Below, in pieces: positions 23,773-37,814 of a DNA stretch of 64,000 bases. Below the pieces are notes generated by a model. It was given only the letters and a program-made list of their open reading frames with translations, did not search any database and had not been told where the DNA came from. The stretch is from positions 2,046,001-2,110,000 of the forward strand of contig CM059432.1 in assembly GCA_030390025.1 (NCBI GenBank), written 5' to 3'. Numbering within the stretch: position 1 is the first letter of the stretch; every line of letters begins with the position of its first letter. Source of the DNA: Squalus acanthias. Its lineage: Eukaryota. A program made the position numbers and the translations under genes.

Positions 23773-26700
23773 TTGAAAATTAAGCTATTAAGGCAATGGA
23801 AAGCCTCATCCAAGACTGGTGTGGTTCTCACAAAATGGCCAAAGCACATAGGTACTTAGCAACTGGGGGAGGCCATTCAGCCCCGCGAGCCTGTTCCGCC
23901 ATTCAGTTAGATCATGGCTGATCTGTAACTTATCCATCTACCTGCCTCGATAACCTGGCCTAACAAAAATCTATCAATCTCCGTTTTGAAATTTTGAATT
24001 GACTCCCAGCCTCAAAAGCTTTTTGTGGAAGAGAGTTCCCGATTTCTGTGAAGAAATGCTTCCTGACATCACCCCAGAACGGCCTAGCTCTAATTTTACC
24101 GAAGGAAGGAGAAATTTGCCTTAGAGGGAGTGCAACGAAGGTTCACCAGACTGATTCCTGGGATGGGGGGTTGTCCTATGAGGAGAGATTGAGTAGACTA
24201 GGCCTATATTCTCTAGAATTTAGAAGAATGAGAGGTGATCTCATTGAAATGTATAAAATTCTTAAGGGTTTGACAGGGTAGATGCAGGGAGGATGTTTCC
24301 CCTGGCTGGGGAGTCTAGAACCAGGGGTCACAGTCTCAGAATAAGGGGTCGGCCATTTAGGACTGAGATGAGGAGAAATTTCTTCACTCAGAGGGTGGTG
24401 AATCTTTGGAATTCTCTACCCCAGAGGGCTGTGGAGGCTCAGTCGTTGAGTATATTCAAGACAGAGATCGATAGATTTTTGGACACTAAGGGAATCAAGG
24501 GATATGGGGATAGTGGGGGAGTGGAGGCAGAAGATCAGCCATGATCTTATTGAATGCAGAGCGAATGGCCGACTCCTGCTCCTATTTCTTATGTTCTTAT
24601 ATTCTTAAGGTTCTGCCCCCTTGTTCTGGACTCCCTCACCAGAGGAAATAGTTTCTCTCTATCTACCCTATCAACTCCTTTAATCATCTTAAACACCTCA
24701 ATTAGATCGCCCGTCAATCTTCTATATTGCAGAAGTGGTCAAAGGATCGTGATAAGAAGCAGTGAAGCCTGGCTGATTTCTACTCCGCTAGGCCGCCAGT
24801 ACCGAGCCCAATTGAAGAAACTCTACTTTCCAGGTGCCGAGCTCGGCGATCTCAGCAGAGGTGAGGGACCGATCGCGGGACGTGTATTGCATTTAACCCG
24901 CTGAGCAAATGGCAGAGTGAATAATCAAGCTCTGTTAAAGGGAAGGCAACAAATGCACAGTAATCCTTGTGTACGGCATTGTGTCCCAGGACAGTTCGCC
25001 AACTCTTTGATATAAATCGCATGTTGTAGGATGCTATATGGCACGTAGGTTGTGTCTCAGATGATGTATTGCGTTCTACTGTAAAACACTAAAACGGGCC
25101 TCGGTGCTGGCTAGTGGATGAGTTCCACTGGGAATTCCTGCATTTATGTCATAGAGTCATAGAGTTATACAGCACAGAAAGAGGCCCTTCGGCCCATCGT
25201 GTCCGCGCCGGCCATCAAGCCCTGTCTATTCTAATCCCATTTTCCAGCACTTGGTCCGTAGCCTTGTATGCTATGGCGTTTCAAGTGCTCATCTAAATGC
25301 TTCTTGAATGTTGTGAGGGTTCCTGCCTCTACCACCCTTTAAGGCAGTGAGTTCCAGATTCCAACCACCCTCTGGGTGAAAAAGTTTTTCCTCAAATCCC
25401 CTCTAAACCTCCTGCCCCTTACCTTGAAACTGTGCCCCCTGGTTATTGACCCCTCTACTAAGGGGAAAGGTTCCTTTCTATCTACCCTATCTATGCCCCT
25501 CATAATTTTGTACACTAATGTCATCATATTAAAGGCACCAGGATAAAATGTACAAGTCCCAGGCACTCGGGAGGAACCTTTAGCAGAGGATCGTACAGCA
25601 CAAGAGGAGGCCATTCGGCTCATCGTGCCTGTGCTGGCTCTTTGAAAGAGCTCTCCAATTAGTCCCACTCCCCCCTGCTCTTTCCCCCATAGCCCTGCAA
25701 ATTTCTCCCCTTCAAGTATTTATCCAATTCCCCTATTCAAAGTTACTATTGAATCTGCCTCCACCACCCCTTTCAGACAGCGCATTCCAGATCACAGCAA
25801 CTCACTGCGTAAAAATAAATACTTGAAGAGGACGAAATTTGCAGGGCTGTGGGGAAAGAGCAGGGAGTGGGACTAATTGGAGAGCTCTTTCAGGGAGCCG
25901 GCACAGGCACGATGGGCCAAGTGGCCTCTTTCTGTGCTGTGTGATTCTATGAATTCCTTCACCAGTCTGACTGAATGGTCCCTAGAAATGGGCCGACTGC
26001 TTCTGGTCTTTAAAGTGCAAATGTATGAGAAAGGAAGTTTCAATAAATGATTGAGGGTCACAGGCATGAGCTAGTTTTCCAGTCCTTCCGTATCTTTCCA
26101 GTTCTGGTCACCACACTTTAGGAAGGATGTGAAGGCCCTTGAGAGGGTGCAGAGGAGATTTACCAGAATGGTTCCGGGGATGGGGGATCTTAGCTACAAG
26201 GACAGGTTGGAGAAGCTGGATTTATTTTCATTCGAGCAAAGGAGGTTGAGGGGTGATTTGATAGAGGTGTACAAGATTATGACGGGTTTGGATAGGCTAG
26301 ACGGGGAAAGGCTGTTCCCAGTAGTTGATGGTACAAGGCCTAGGGGACACAGATTTAAGGTTTTGGGCAAGAGATACAGGGGGGATGTGAGGAAAAACGT
26401 TTTTACGCAGCGAGTGGTGAGGTCCTGGAACTTGCTGCCGACGGAAGTGGTGGAAGCGGAGACACTCAATGTTTTCAAGGGGAGACTGGATAGGCACTTG
26501 AGGGAAATAAACTTGCAGGGCTACAGGGATAGAGCGGGAGGAATGGGACTGACTGGATTGCTCTACAGAGAGCCGGCACGGACTCGATGGGCCGAATGGC
26601 CTCCTTCTGTACCGTTATGACTCTGACTCTATAAAAAGGGTATAAATATGTTAGTTCTATGAGTGATGAGCACAGTGAGAGACGGTAATCAGATAATGAA

Positions 26701-27335
26701 ACTGCAGAAAACTGACAAGTTGCTTTTCCCGCAGGGTAAACATATATAAGTGATGCCCATCAGACAAGAACATGTCCATTTTTATTTAAGAATGATGACA
26801 AATAATATGTTTTAGCCCAGTGTTCCTCATTGGTAATGCCAGCCACATATCTGAGGAACATCTTCAACCTTTGGCAGAAAGTGGGGGATTGAATTAACTT
26901 CAGTTCAGAATCCTCCATCAAAAGCAACAGATGTACATCTGTAAAGATTTTAAAATTCTAATCCTTGTTTTCCAATTCCTCGCCCCCTCCCTATCTCTGT
27001 AATCTCCTCCAGCCCCACAACCCTCCGAGATCTCTGCCCTCCTCCAATTCTGGCCTCTTGAGCATCCCCGATTTCCATCGCTCAACCATTGGCGGCAGTG
27101 CCTTCAGCTGCCTGGGCCCCAAGCTCTGGAATTCCCTCCCTAAACCTCTCCGCCTCTCTACCTCTCTCTCCTCTTTAAGACGCTCCTTAAAACCTACCTC
27201 TTTGACCAAGCTTTTGGTCACCTGCCCTAATATCACCTTATGTGGCTCGGTTTCAAATTGTGTTTGACAATCGCTCCTGTGAAGCGCCCTGGGACGATTT
27301 ACTACGTTAAAGCTGCTGTATGTTGTACACAATAT

Positions 27336-28228
27336 GAGGGAAAAATTCAGTTGGTTGCGCCTCCCGATAGCGCCTTAAGAGGGCGCTAATGGGGCGCAAA
27401 GCAACTAGCGCCCGGGCGCGGCGATGTTTGCGCCGCTCGGGAAATTAACTAGACATTTTGCGGCGGCGCTAAACACTACCGCCACGATCTCCTGCGCCGG
27501 CAGATCGTGACGTCAGTCGAGTGCGCAACGCCCCGGTATCGCCCCGGAGCGGATATTGAGTGGCGCCCCCTGCCTTACCGCCTGACGCAAGCAACGACAG
27601 GTTGAGGGGAGCGTTCTGCAGTCATGAAGGGAAAGGGGGAGCGCTATTTAAAGGTGACCGCTTCCTGCCTTTTATTGTTGGTGCCATTTTTGAACTACGC
27701 ATTCTGAGCGAGAGAGAGAGAGACTTCTGGAGAGATTCAACGCTGTGTGAAGGAGTTTTGGGTACTGAGCAGCACTTTGCAGGTTCATTTTGATTTGCCA
27801 TTCCTTGTATCGATTTAGAAGAGACTGTGGGGGCTGCACTCTGAGCTCTTTGCCTGGTACTCTCCATTGTTCTTTCCAGCAGATTTGATGTGCAGGTCTC
27901 TCCAGGCCGAGATTCAAGGCTGCAATGAGCAGGATGTGGATGGAAAGCAAGATTAACCATCCCCTTTAAGAACTGGTCCGTGCCATTGTGTGTGTGTTCC
28001 ATTGCTGACTGACATTACATGAGCTTCGCCAGCGCTCTGAGGTAGCGCCTCGCTCCTCGGCCTTTGCGCCTTAAGACAGGTGTGAAGTGCCTGATTTAGC
28101 GCTCCAATCACCTCCAGGGGCGATAAAAGTCAAGTTTGCAGTCGGTGGCGATAATTAGCGCCAGGCGCTAATCTTTGCGCCCGGCCGATAATTGCGCCCC
28201 AAATGGGGCGATACTGAATTTCTCCCCC
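27336..28228. mobile_element. ~893-bp PIF/Harbinger-like non-autonomous element, copy 1
   Basis: TIRs gagggaaaaattcagt / actgaatttctccccc, with subtermini rich in gcgcc motifs. Homologous end to end with 47642-48535. TSD unclear. Confidence 0.75.
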
Positions 28229-28534
28229 AAAAATATCACAGACAAACAATCAACAAAGTGGCATCAAATCAGCAAAATGTGGTGTGAACAATCGGGACTT
28301 TGCAAATCACCGAACATCAGCAAGTTACTAACCAGCCTTGTTTCCGAGAGCGCTGGCACAGAAACACACTCAAGATGTGTTTTGACAATTGGCACCATCT
28401 TGTTTATGGTTACCAGGGAGCTGGCTAAACGAGGCACCTGCTTCTCACCGAAGGCAAGGTTCTGCAACTTCCATTTCTACAGCGCCTTTCACAACCTCAG
28501 CGCTTTACAGCCAATGAAGTACTTTTTGAAGTGT

Positions 28535-28736
28535 GATGTGGAGATGCCGGTGTTGGACTGGGGTGGACAAAAGTGAGAAGTCGCACAACACCAGGTTATA
28601 GTCCAACAGTTTTATTTGAAATCACAAGCTTTCGGAGCGACTGTTCCTTCTTCACCTGACGAAGGAGCAGCCGCTCCGAAAGCTTGTGATTTCAAATAAA
28701 ACTGTTGGACTATAACCTGGTGTTGTGCGACTTCTC
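28535..28736 (+). mobile_element. Penelope-like terminal-repeat hairpin insertion (family A) inside a SINE
   Basis: Near-perfect palindrome 28569-28742 with a 34-nt one-sided tail at 28535-28568. TSD actttttgaagtgt at 28521-28534 and 28737-28750. The arm sequence matches the 3' end of the GIY-YIG element at 42318-43179. Confidence 0.85.
28652..28689 (+). ncRNA. Minimal hammerhead-ribozyme-like motif (PLE family A)
   Basis: TCAC-CTGACGA-A-GGAGC agcc GCTCC-GAA-AGCT-T-GTGA. Confidence 0.7.
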
Positions 28737-31700
28737 ACTTTTTGAAGTGTAGTCACTGTTGTAATGTAGGAAACGCGGCCGCCAATTTGCGCTCAGCAAG
28801 CTCCCACAAACAGCAATGTGATAATGACCAGATAATCTGTTTTAGTGATGTTGATTGAGGGATAAATATTGGCCCCAGGACACCGGGGAGAACTCCCCTG
28901 CTCTTCTTCGAAATAGTGCCGTGGGATCTTTTACATCCACCTGAGAGAGCAGACGGGGCCTCGGTTTAATGTCTCATCCGAAAGACAGCACCGCTGATGG
29001 AGTGTCAGCCTAGATTATGTGCTCAAGCCTCTGGAGTGGGCTTTGGACCCACGACCTTCAGATTCAGATGCGAGAGTGCTGCCCACTCAGCCACGGCCGA
29101 CAGCTTTTCCCCTCTTTTTCTCCTGTCTTTACACCATGGCCCGAGCTGGATTCCTCGGCCTCAGCCATTCTGCAGTTGGAGATGTGCGAGCATGGTTAAT
29201 GATGCATGTTGAGGGGAGATAGCTACTCAAACTGCAATTAGATAAAACAAAGCTTTTGGCAGGGAAAGAGTGGGGGAGAAAGGTCCTACGCTATGGGACC
29301 CAGTCAGTAATGAGCAGTTTCATTACAAGTACTAACATAAAGCCAGAAATGTGTTATTTATATACCGCACCACACTTTAGGAAGGACATCAAGGCCTTGG
29401 AGCGGGTGCAGAGGAGATTTTCTAGAATGGTTCCAGGGATGAGGGACTTCAGTTATGTGGAGAGACTGGAGAAGCTGGGGTTGTTCTCCTTCGAGCAGAG
29501 AGGGTTAAGAGGAGATTTAAATTATGAAGGGTTTTGATAGAGCAGATGGGGAGACACTGTTTCCTCTGGCAGGAGGGTCGGTAACCAGAGGACACAGATT
29601 TAAAATATTTGGCATAAAAATCAGGGGGGAGATGAGGTGAAATGTTTTAGCTCAATGAGTTGTTATGATCTGGAAAGGGCGGTGGAAGCAGATTCAATAG
29701 TAACTTTCAAAAGGAGAATTGGATAAATACTTGAAAAGGAAAAATTTGCAGGGCTGTGGGGGAAAGGGCAGGAGGGAGTGGGACTAATTGGAGAGCTCTT
29801 TCAAAGAGCCGGCACAGGCACGATGGGCCGAATGGCCTCCTTCTGCGCTGCAAGATTCTATACTATTTGAGAAAGTAATGATTGGAGAGACGTTTGTGTC
29901 TCCGAGTGACATAATCTGAACCGCAACAGAGCTCTGCACAACCATCTGTTTGTTGATCTGTGTCCCTGTGATCGAAAGTGGTTGTCACATTCCCGGGCAG
30001 TCCGTATCGGGAGGGATTGAACAGGCTGGGGCTCTGCTCTTTAGAAAAGAAAAGACTTAGAGGTGACCTGATAGAGGTCTTTCAAATTCTGAATGGGTTG
30101 GACAGGGGTAGATGTGGGGAGAATGTTTCCACTTGTGGGAGAATCCAAAACTAGGGGCCATCAATACAAAATAGTCACTAGTAAATCCAAAACATAGAAT
30201 TACATAGGATATACGGCACAGAAACAGGCCATTCGGCCCAACCAGTCCATGCCGGCGTTTATGCTCCACTCGAGCCTCCTCCCATCTTTCCTCATCTAAC
30301 TCTATCAGCATAATCCTCTATTCCCTTCTCCCTCATATGCTTGTCCAGCCTCCCCTTAAATGCATCTATACGAATAGGGAAATAAGGAGAAATTTCTTTA
30401 CTCAGAGGTGGTTAGAATATGGAACTGGTTACCACAGGGAGTGGTTGAAGCGAATAGCATCGATGCTTTCAAACGGAAGCTAGACGGTACATGAGAGAAA
30501 AGGCAATAGAAAGATATGCTGAAAGGCTGAGATGAGGGAGATGGACTGGGAGGAGACTTGTGTACAGCATTAACGCCAGCACAGACTAGTTGGGCCAAAT
30601 GGTCTGTTTCTGTGCTGTATAATCTACGTAATTCGACGCATTGCAGTCATTACTGCATCTCATCAGATCATCTAGAGGTAGAGTGGATAGGAAGGACATA
30701 TTTCCCTTAGCAGAGAGGTCAATAACCAGGAGGCAGAGATTTAAAGTAATTGGGAGAAGGATTAGAGGGGAGTTGAGGAGAAATATTTTCACCCAGAGGG
30801 TGGTGGGGGTCTGGAACTCGCTGCCTGAAAGGGTGGTAGAGGCAGAAACCCTCATCACATTTAAAAAGTACTTGGATGTGCACTTGAAGTGCCGTAACCT
30901 ACAGGGCTACGGACCAAGAGCTGGAAAGTGGGATTAGGCTGGGTAGCTCTTTGTCGGCCGGCACAGACACGATGGGCCAAATGGCCTCCTTCTGTGGCGT
31001 AAATTTCCATGATTCTATGATTCATCTTAATCCAAACTTACTTCTTTATTTAAAGAGGCACTATCTCTGGCAAACTAATCTGGAAATCTGTTGCAGCAAG
31101 TTCACATGTAACTCTACAATCTGCGGCCAGATTGGATCATTAGGCCGCCTATTCCACCTGCCTCAATCAGTACATCGACTTAGAATAACAAGAGAATGAA
31201 ACAAATTGCGAAAGTGTAAGCTCAGTGGGCACGGAATTGTTAGAGGAACTGAATCTGACTGAAAGGCCATCTGGGTCCTTCAACCGACGTAACCCGCGAG
31301 TGTAAATGAATTAAAAGTAATACTTTCTTGTTATCTACATCCTGTAGAATCTATCTCACAAGATCATGTTCAACCCTTCACGGGAAATACGAATATGGTA
31401 AGATTCCTGCACAATTCGGAAACACTGCTGTAACCAGATCAGATTTGGCAGATAATCCAACTAATGAAAGAAAAAAAACAGGAGAAGCTGGGATTGTTCT
31501 CCTTGGAGCATAGAAGGAAAAGATTCATAGAATCACAGAAATTTACAGCACAGAAGGAGGCCATTCGGCCCATCGTGTCAGTGCCGGCCGACAAAGAGCT
31601 CTCCCGCCTAATCCCACTTTCCAGCTCTTGGTCCGTAGTCCTGCAGGTTACGGCACTTCAAGTGCATATCCAAGTACTTTTTAAATGCGATGAGGGTTTC

Positions 31701-34130
31701 TGCCTCTACCACCCTTTCAGGCAGTGAGTTCCAGACCCCCACCACCCTCTGGGTGAAAAAAAGTTTCTCAACTCCCCTCTAATCCTTCTACCAATTACTT
31801 TAAATCTATGTAAAGGGGAGATTTAATAGAGGCGTTCAAAATCATGACGGATTTTGACAGAGTAAATAAGGAGAAAATCATTCCAGTGGCAGGAGGGTCG
31901 GTAACCAGAGGACACAGACTTAAGATAATTGGCAAAAGAACCAGAGGATAGATGAGGAGATCTGGAATGCGCTGCCTGAAAGGGCGGTGGAAGCAGATTC
32001 AATAGTAACTTTCAAAAGGGAATGGGAAAAATACTTGAAACGGATAAATTTGCAGGACTATGGGGGAAAGAGCAGGGGGAGTGGGACTAATTGGAGAGCT
32101 CTTTCAAAGAGCCGGCACAGGCACGATGGGCCGAATGGCCTCTTCCTGTGCTGTATGATTCTATGATTCTGAGCCTTTCACTAGCTCCTTTTGTTCCGAG
32201 CGTACGTTGGTACAAAGCTGGGACCCGAATTTCTTTTTTCGTTATTTAAGCAATAGTTCAAGACAGATGTGTAAAATTCAGCTGATCTGGATCGGATTCA
32301 AATTCTCCACATAATGATGCAGAAGTGGAGAGAGATGAAACAGGTCAATCTTTCCAACTGCATTGCTGCAAGTGGGACTGCGGGCAGCTGGAGAATGCCC
32401 ACAACAAATTAAAAACCTGGGCAACATTTCCAGTTGCTTAAAAATGTCAAACCCTGAACGCCTTTTGGGAACTATCAAACGATTCAATTTAAACACATTT
32501 TATGTTGCAGGAATAAACAGTTTATTTATCATCAATCGGAGATGCTGCTCATTCCTGGCGATGGGGGAGGGGAAGGGGAAGGAATGGGAATCATCTCCCT
32601 GAAGCAATGGGGGCACAGTCTCAAACATAGAGCAGCAGCAGGAAGCTACAACCCCGACTCGAGAAATCAACACATCATTTCTCCAAATTTAACTTCCATT
32701 TTCTAGTTTATTTTCACCGTTTATTCAGGAGGAAGGTAGGAAGAGGAGGAGGAGGCCATTCGTCCCCTCGAGCCTGTTCCGCCATTCAATGAGATCATGG
32801 CTGCTCTGTATCTTAACTCCATCTACCCGCCTTGGGTCCGTAATCCTTAATACCTTTGCCCAACAAAGATCTATCAAGCTCAGTTTTGACATTTTCAATT
32901 GACCCCCCCAGCCCCAACAGCTTTTTGGGGGAGAGAGTTGCAGAGTTCCAGATTTCCACTACCCTCCTGACATCACCCCTGAATGGCTTGGCTCTAATTT
33001 TAAGGTTATTCCCCCTTGTTCAGGACTTCCCCCCCCCCCCACCAGAGGAAATAGTTTCTCTCTCTCTACCCCATCAACTCCTTTAACCATCTTAAACACC
33101 TCAGTTAGGTCACCCCCTAATCTTCTATACTCATCAAGGCTTGGTGCGTTGGTTCATGCCACTGCATAGATGGGAAAGGGGACCCCAACACAATCCCTAC
33201 ATTAGAAAACTGCCAAGACAGTCCCTCAGGGACCTTGTTGTCGCCATCTCCTCCACCAAGCGGCAGAGAGTAACGCAAATCCAGAGAGTTCTTTATTTCA
33301 ATCCCGGGATGTGGGCATCGCTGGCAAAGCCGACATTTATTGCCCTCGAGGAGGTGGTGGTGGGCCTTCTTCTTGAACCACTGCAGTCCGTATGGTGAAG
33401 GTGCTCCCACAGTGATGATTCTTTGTAGCTGGTTTGATACAACTGAGTGGCTTGCTAGACCACTTCAAAGGACATTCCCTGGCTGGCTCCCAGGCTGGGG
33501 AGTCCAGAACCAGGGGGTCACAGTCTCAGAATAAGGGGTCGGCCCTTTAGGACTGAGATGAGGAGAAATTTCTTCACTCAGAGGGTGGTGAATCTTTGGA
33601 ATTCTCAACCCCAGCGGGCTGTGGAGGCTCAGTCATTGAGTATATTCAAGATAGAGATCGCTAGATTTTTGAATATTAAGGGAATCAAGGGATATGGGGA
33701 TAGTGCAGGAAAGTGGAGATGAGGTAGAAGATCAACCATGATCTTATTGAATGGCGGAGTAGGCTCGAGGGGCCAAATGGCCAACTCCTACTCCTATTTC
33801 TTATGTTCTTATGTCCTCCTGATGTCTGTTTTGGTCTTATGAGGGCTTTGTTATAGATCTCCAGGTAAACACAAGGGATATGGGGTTAGTGCTGGAAAGT
33901 GGAGATGAGGTCGAAGATCAGCCATGATCTTATTGAATGGCGGAGCAGGCTCGAAGGGCCAAATGGCCAACTCCTGCTCCTAATTCTTATTTCAGAGTCA
34001 ACTATGCTGATGTGGGACTGGAGTCACATATAAGCCCTGACCGGGTAAGGACAGCAGGTTTCCTTCCCTAAAGGACATTAGTGAACTAGTTGGAATTTTT
34101 ATGTCAATGAGAGTTTTATGGTCACTTTTA

Positions 34131-37100
34131 TGGTAGAAAGAGGGATGAGGTCCTGCTGGCAGAGTTTAGGGCGCTAGGAGTCAGATTAAAAAACAGTACC
34201 TCAAAGGTAGTAATCTCCGGATTACTCCCGGTGCCACGTACTAGTGAGTCCAGAAATAGGAGGATAGAGCAGATGAATGCGTGGTTGGAAGGATGGTGCA
34301 GGAGGGAGGGCTTTAGATTCCTGAGGCATTGGGACTGTTTCTGGGGGAGGTGGCACCTGTACAAGCCGGACGGGTTGCACCTCAACAGAGCTGGGACCAA
34401 TATCCTCGCGGGAGGGTTTGCTAGTGCTGTTGGGGAGGGTTTAAACTAGCTTGGCAGGGGGATGGGAACCTAAGAATAGAGTCAGTAGGGTGGGAAGAAA
34501 AACTGGAATTGGAAAACATAAACGTAGAAAGTAAATTGGAAGGACAGAGGAATCAAGGGCTAGATAGTAGTCAACAAGGAGGTTTGCCTGTACTAAATGG
34601 TATATACTTCAATGCAAGGAGTATAGCGAACAAGGCAGATGAGCTGAGGGCACAGGTAGATACTTGGGACTATGATATTATAGCTATTACAGAGATGTGG
34701 CTGAAAGAGGGGCAGGTATGGCAGCTCAACATTCCTGGTTACAGGATTTTCAGACGGGATAGAGTGGGAGGTAAAAAGGGAGGGGGGGGGCGCGGTATTG
34801 ATTAAAGAAACTATTACAGCTGTGAGGAGGGATGATATGTTGGAGGGATCATCAAACGAGGCCACATGGGTCGAATTGAAAAACAAAAAAGGGGCGATCA
34901 CACTGCTGGGAGTGTACTACAGACCCCCAAACAGTGAGCGGGAGATAGAAGAACAAATATGTAGACAAATTTCTGAAAAGTGCAAAAACTATAGGGCTGT
35001 AATAGTAGGGAATTTCAACTACCCCAATATTAACTGGGATAAAATTAGTGTGAAGGGTATAGAGGGTGCGGAATTCCTAAAATGCATCCAGGAAAACTTT
35101 TTTAGCCAGTATGTAGCAAGCCCAACAAGGGAGTGGGCGGTTCTGGACTTAGTTTTAGGGAATGAAGCTGGGCAGGTAGAAGGCGCATCAGTGGGGGAGC
35201 ATTTTGGTGCTAGTGACCATAATTCTGTTAGATTTAAGGTAGTTATGGAAAAGGACAAGGATAGACCAGGAATAAAAATTCTAAATTGGGGAAAAGCAAA
35301 TTTTGCTGAGCTCAGAGGGGATTTAGCCATAGTGGACTGGAAACAGCTACTTGAAGGTAAATCAGTGTCAGAGCAGTGGGAGGCATTCAAGGAGGAGATC
35401 CGGAGGGTTCAGACCAAATATGTGCCCTTAAAGAAAAAAGGTGGGACTAACAAATCTAGAGCCCCCTGGATGTCTAGAGATATACAGGGTAGGAGAAAGA
35501 AAAAAAGGGAGGCGTATGACAGATACCGAGGGCTAAATACTCCAGAATCTTTAGAGGAGTACAGAAAGTGCAGGGGTGCAATTAAAAAGGATATTAGGAA
35601 AGAAAAGAGAGAGCATGAAAAATTCTTGGCAAGTAAAATCAAGGAAAACCCAAAGATGTTTTATAAATATATTAAGAGTAAGAGGATAACTAAAGAAAGG
35701 GTAGGGCCTATTAGAGATCATGAGGGTAATCTGTGTGTGGAGGCGGGAGACGTCGGTAGGGTTCTTAATGAATACTTTGCGTCTGTTTTCACAAAGGAGA
35801 GGGGCGAAGCAGACATTGCTATCGGGGGAGGAGTGTGAAATATTAGATGAAATAAACATAGTGAGAGAGGAAGTATTAAGGGGTTTAGCAGCTTTAAAAG
35901 TGGATAAATCCCCAGGCCCGGATGAAATGTATCCCAGGCTGTTAAGCGAAGCAAAAGAGGAAATAGCAGAGGCCCTGACCATCATTTTCCAATCCTCTCT
36001 CCTTCAGGTGTGGTGCTGGAGGACTGAAGGACTGCTAATGTGGTACCCTTGTTTAAAAAGGGAGAAAAGGATAGACCGAATAATTACAGGCCAGTCAGCC
36101 TAACCTCGGTGGTGGGACAATTATTGGAAAGAATTCTGAAGGACAGGATAAATCTTGATTTAGAAAGACACGGATTAATCAAGAATAGTCCGCACGGATT
36201 TGTTAAGGGAAGGTCGTGTCTGACAAACTTGATTGAATTTTTTGAGGAGGTAACAAGGAGGGTAGATGAGGGTAGTGCATTTGATGCAGTGTATATGGAC
36301 TCTAGCAAGGCTTTTGAAAAGGTTCCACTTGGCAGACTGGTCATGAAGTTAAAAGCTCATGGGATCCAGGGCAAAGTGTCAAGTTGGATTCAAAACTGGC
36401 TCGGAGGCAGGAAGCAGAGGGTAGTGGTTGATGGGTGTTTTTGTGACTGGAAGGCTGTTTCCAGTGGGGTTCCACAGGGTTCAATACTAGGTCCCTTGCT
36501 TTTCGTGGTATATATCAATGATCTAGAATTGAATATCGGGGGTATGATTAAGAAGTTTGCAGATGATACTAAAATCGGCTGTGTGGTTGATACTGAAGAA
36601 GGAAGCTGTAGACTGCAGGAAGATATCAATAAATTAGTCAGGTGGGCAGAACAGTGGCAAATGGAATTCAATCCGGAGAAGTGTGAGGTAATGCATTTGG
36701 GGAGGGCTAACAAGGAAAGGGAATACACATTAAATGGTAGGACACTGAGTAGTGTAGAGGAACAAAGTGACCTTGCAGTGCATGTCCACAGATCCCTGAA
36801 GGTAGCAGGCCAGGTAGATAAGGTGGTTAAGAAGGCATACGGAATGCTTGCCTTTATTAGCCGTGGCATAGAATACAAGAGCAGGGGGGATTATGCTTCA
36901 ACTGTATAAAACACTAGTTAGGCCTCAGCTAGAGTACTGCGTGCAGTTCTGGTCACCACATTACAGGAAAGATGTGATTGCACTAGAGAGGGTACAGAGG
37001 AGATTTACGAGGATGTTGCCGGGAGTAGAGAATCTTAGCTATGAGGAAAGACTGGATAGGCTGGGTTTGTTTTCCTTGGAACAGAGGAGGCTGAGGGGAG

Positions 37101-37814
37101 ACCTTATTGAGGTGTATAAAATTATGAGGGGCCTAGATAAAGTGGATAGAAAGGACCTATTTCCCTTAACAGAGGGGTCAAAAACCAGGGGGCACAGATT
37201 TAAAGTAATTGATGGAAGGTTTAGAGGGGATTTGAGGGGAAATTTCTTCACCCAGAGGGTTGTGGGGGTCTGGAACTCACTGCCTGAAAGGGTGGTAGAG
37301 GCAGAAACCCTCATCACATTTAAAAAGTACAGGAAACTTTCGTTTATCCGGCACCCTAATATCCGGAATTCTCGCTTAACCGGCAAAAATCAGGTAAGTT
37401 TTATTATACAGACAAGACCCCGATTCTGACCTTTCGCCCCCACGAAAGGGGGGTCAACGTTCTTCCGACTCCGACCTGTCGCCGCCACGGAGGAAAAAGC
37501 CGGAGTCCCGTTTACCTTCCCTCTCCGGGTCCCAATTGTTCAGCCTGTGGCCGTGTACGGGGCTCTCGTACCTTGGTAAGTATACCTCTCTGTAATCCGG
37601 CACTTTCGATCAACCGGCACCACGCCGGTCCCGTCGGTGCCGGATAAACGAAAGTTTCCTGTACTTGGATGTGCACTTGGGATACTGTAACCTGCAGGGC
37701 TACGGACCAAGAGCTGGGAAGTGGGATTAGGCGGGATAGCTCTTTGTTGGCCGGCGCGGACACGATGGGCCGAAATGGCCTCCTTCCGTGCTGTAACTTT
37801 CTATGATTCTATGA
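34131..37814 (+). mobile_element. Long 5'-truncated CR1 LINE: ORF1 esterase C-terminus plus frameshifted ORF2 (APE and RT)
   Basis: ORF1 end LYKPDGLHLNRAG (SGNH-type DxxH). APE motifs FNARSI, AITEMW, GVYYRPP, SDHN. RT motifs YRPVSLTS, GVPQGSILGP, FADD. The 3' tail is ctatgatt repeats; possible TSD tttta. ORF2 is split across several frames. Confidence 0.93.
37330..37661. mobile_element. 332-bp Tc1/mariner-type (pogo/Tigger-like) MITE inserted in CR1
   Basis: Perfect 26-bp TIRs caggaaactttcgtttatccggcacc and a TA TSD at 37328-29 and 37662-63. Removing it restores the CR1 sequence aaaaagtacttggatg. Confidence 0.9.

Larger units (their letters stand above)
28465..29098 (-). mobile_element. Deu-type SINE, host of the PLE hairpin
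   Basis: SINE tail, body and head are contiguous once 28535-28750 is removed. Confidence 0.8.

Noticed and set aside
34131..37814. An active autonomous CR1
   Set aside because: It is 5'-truncated, ORF2 has several frameshifts, and a MITE interrupts its 3' end.
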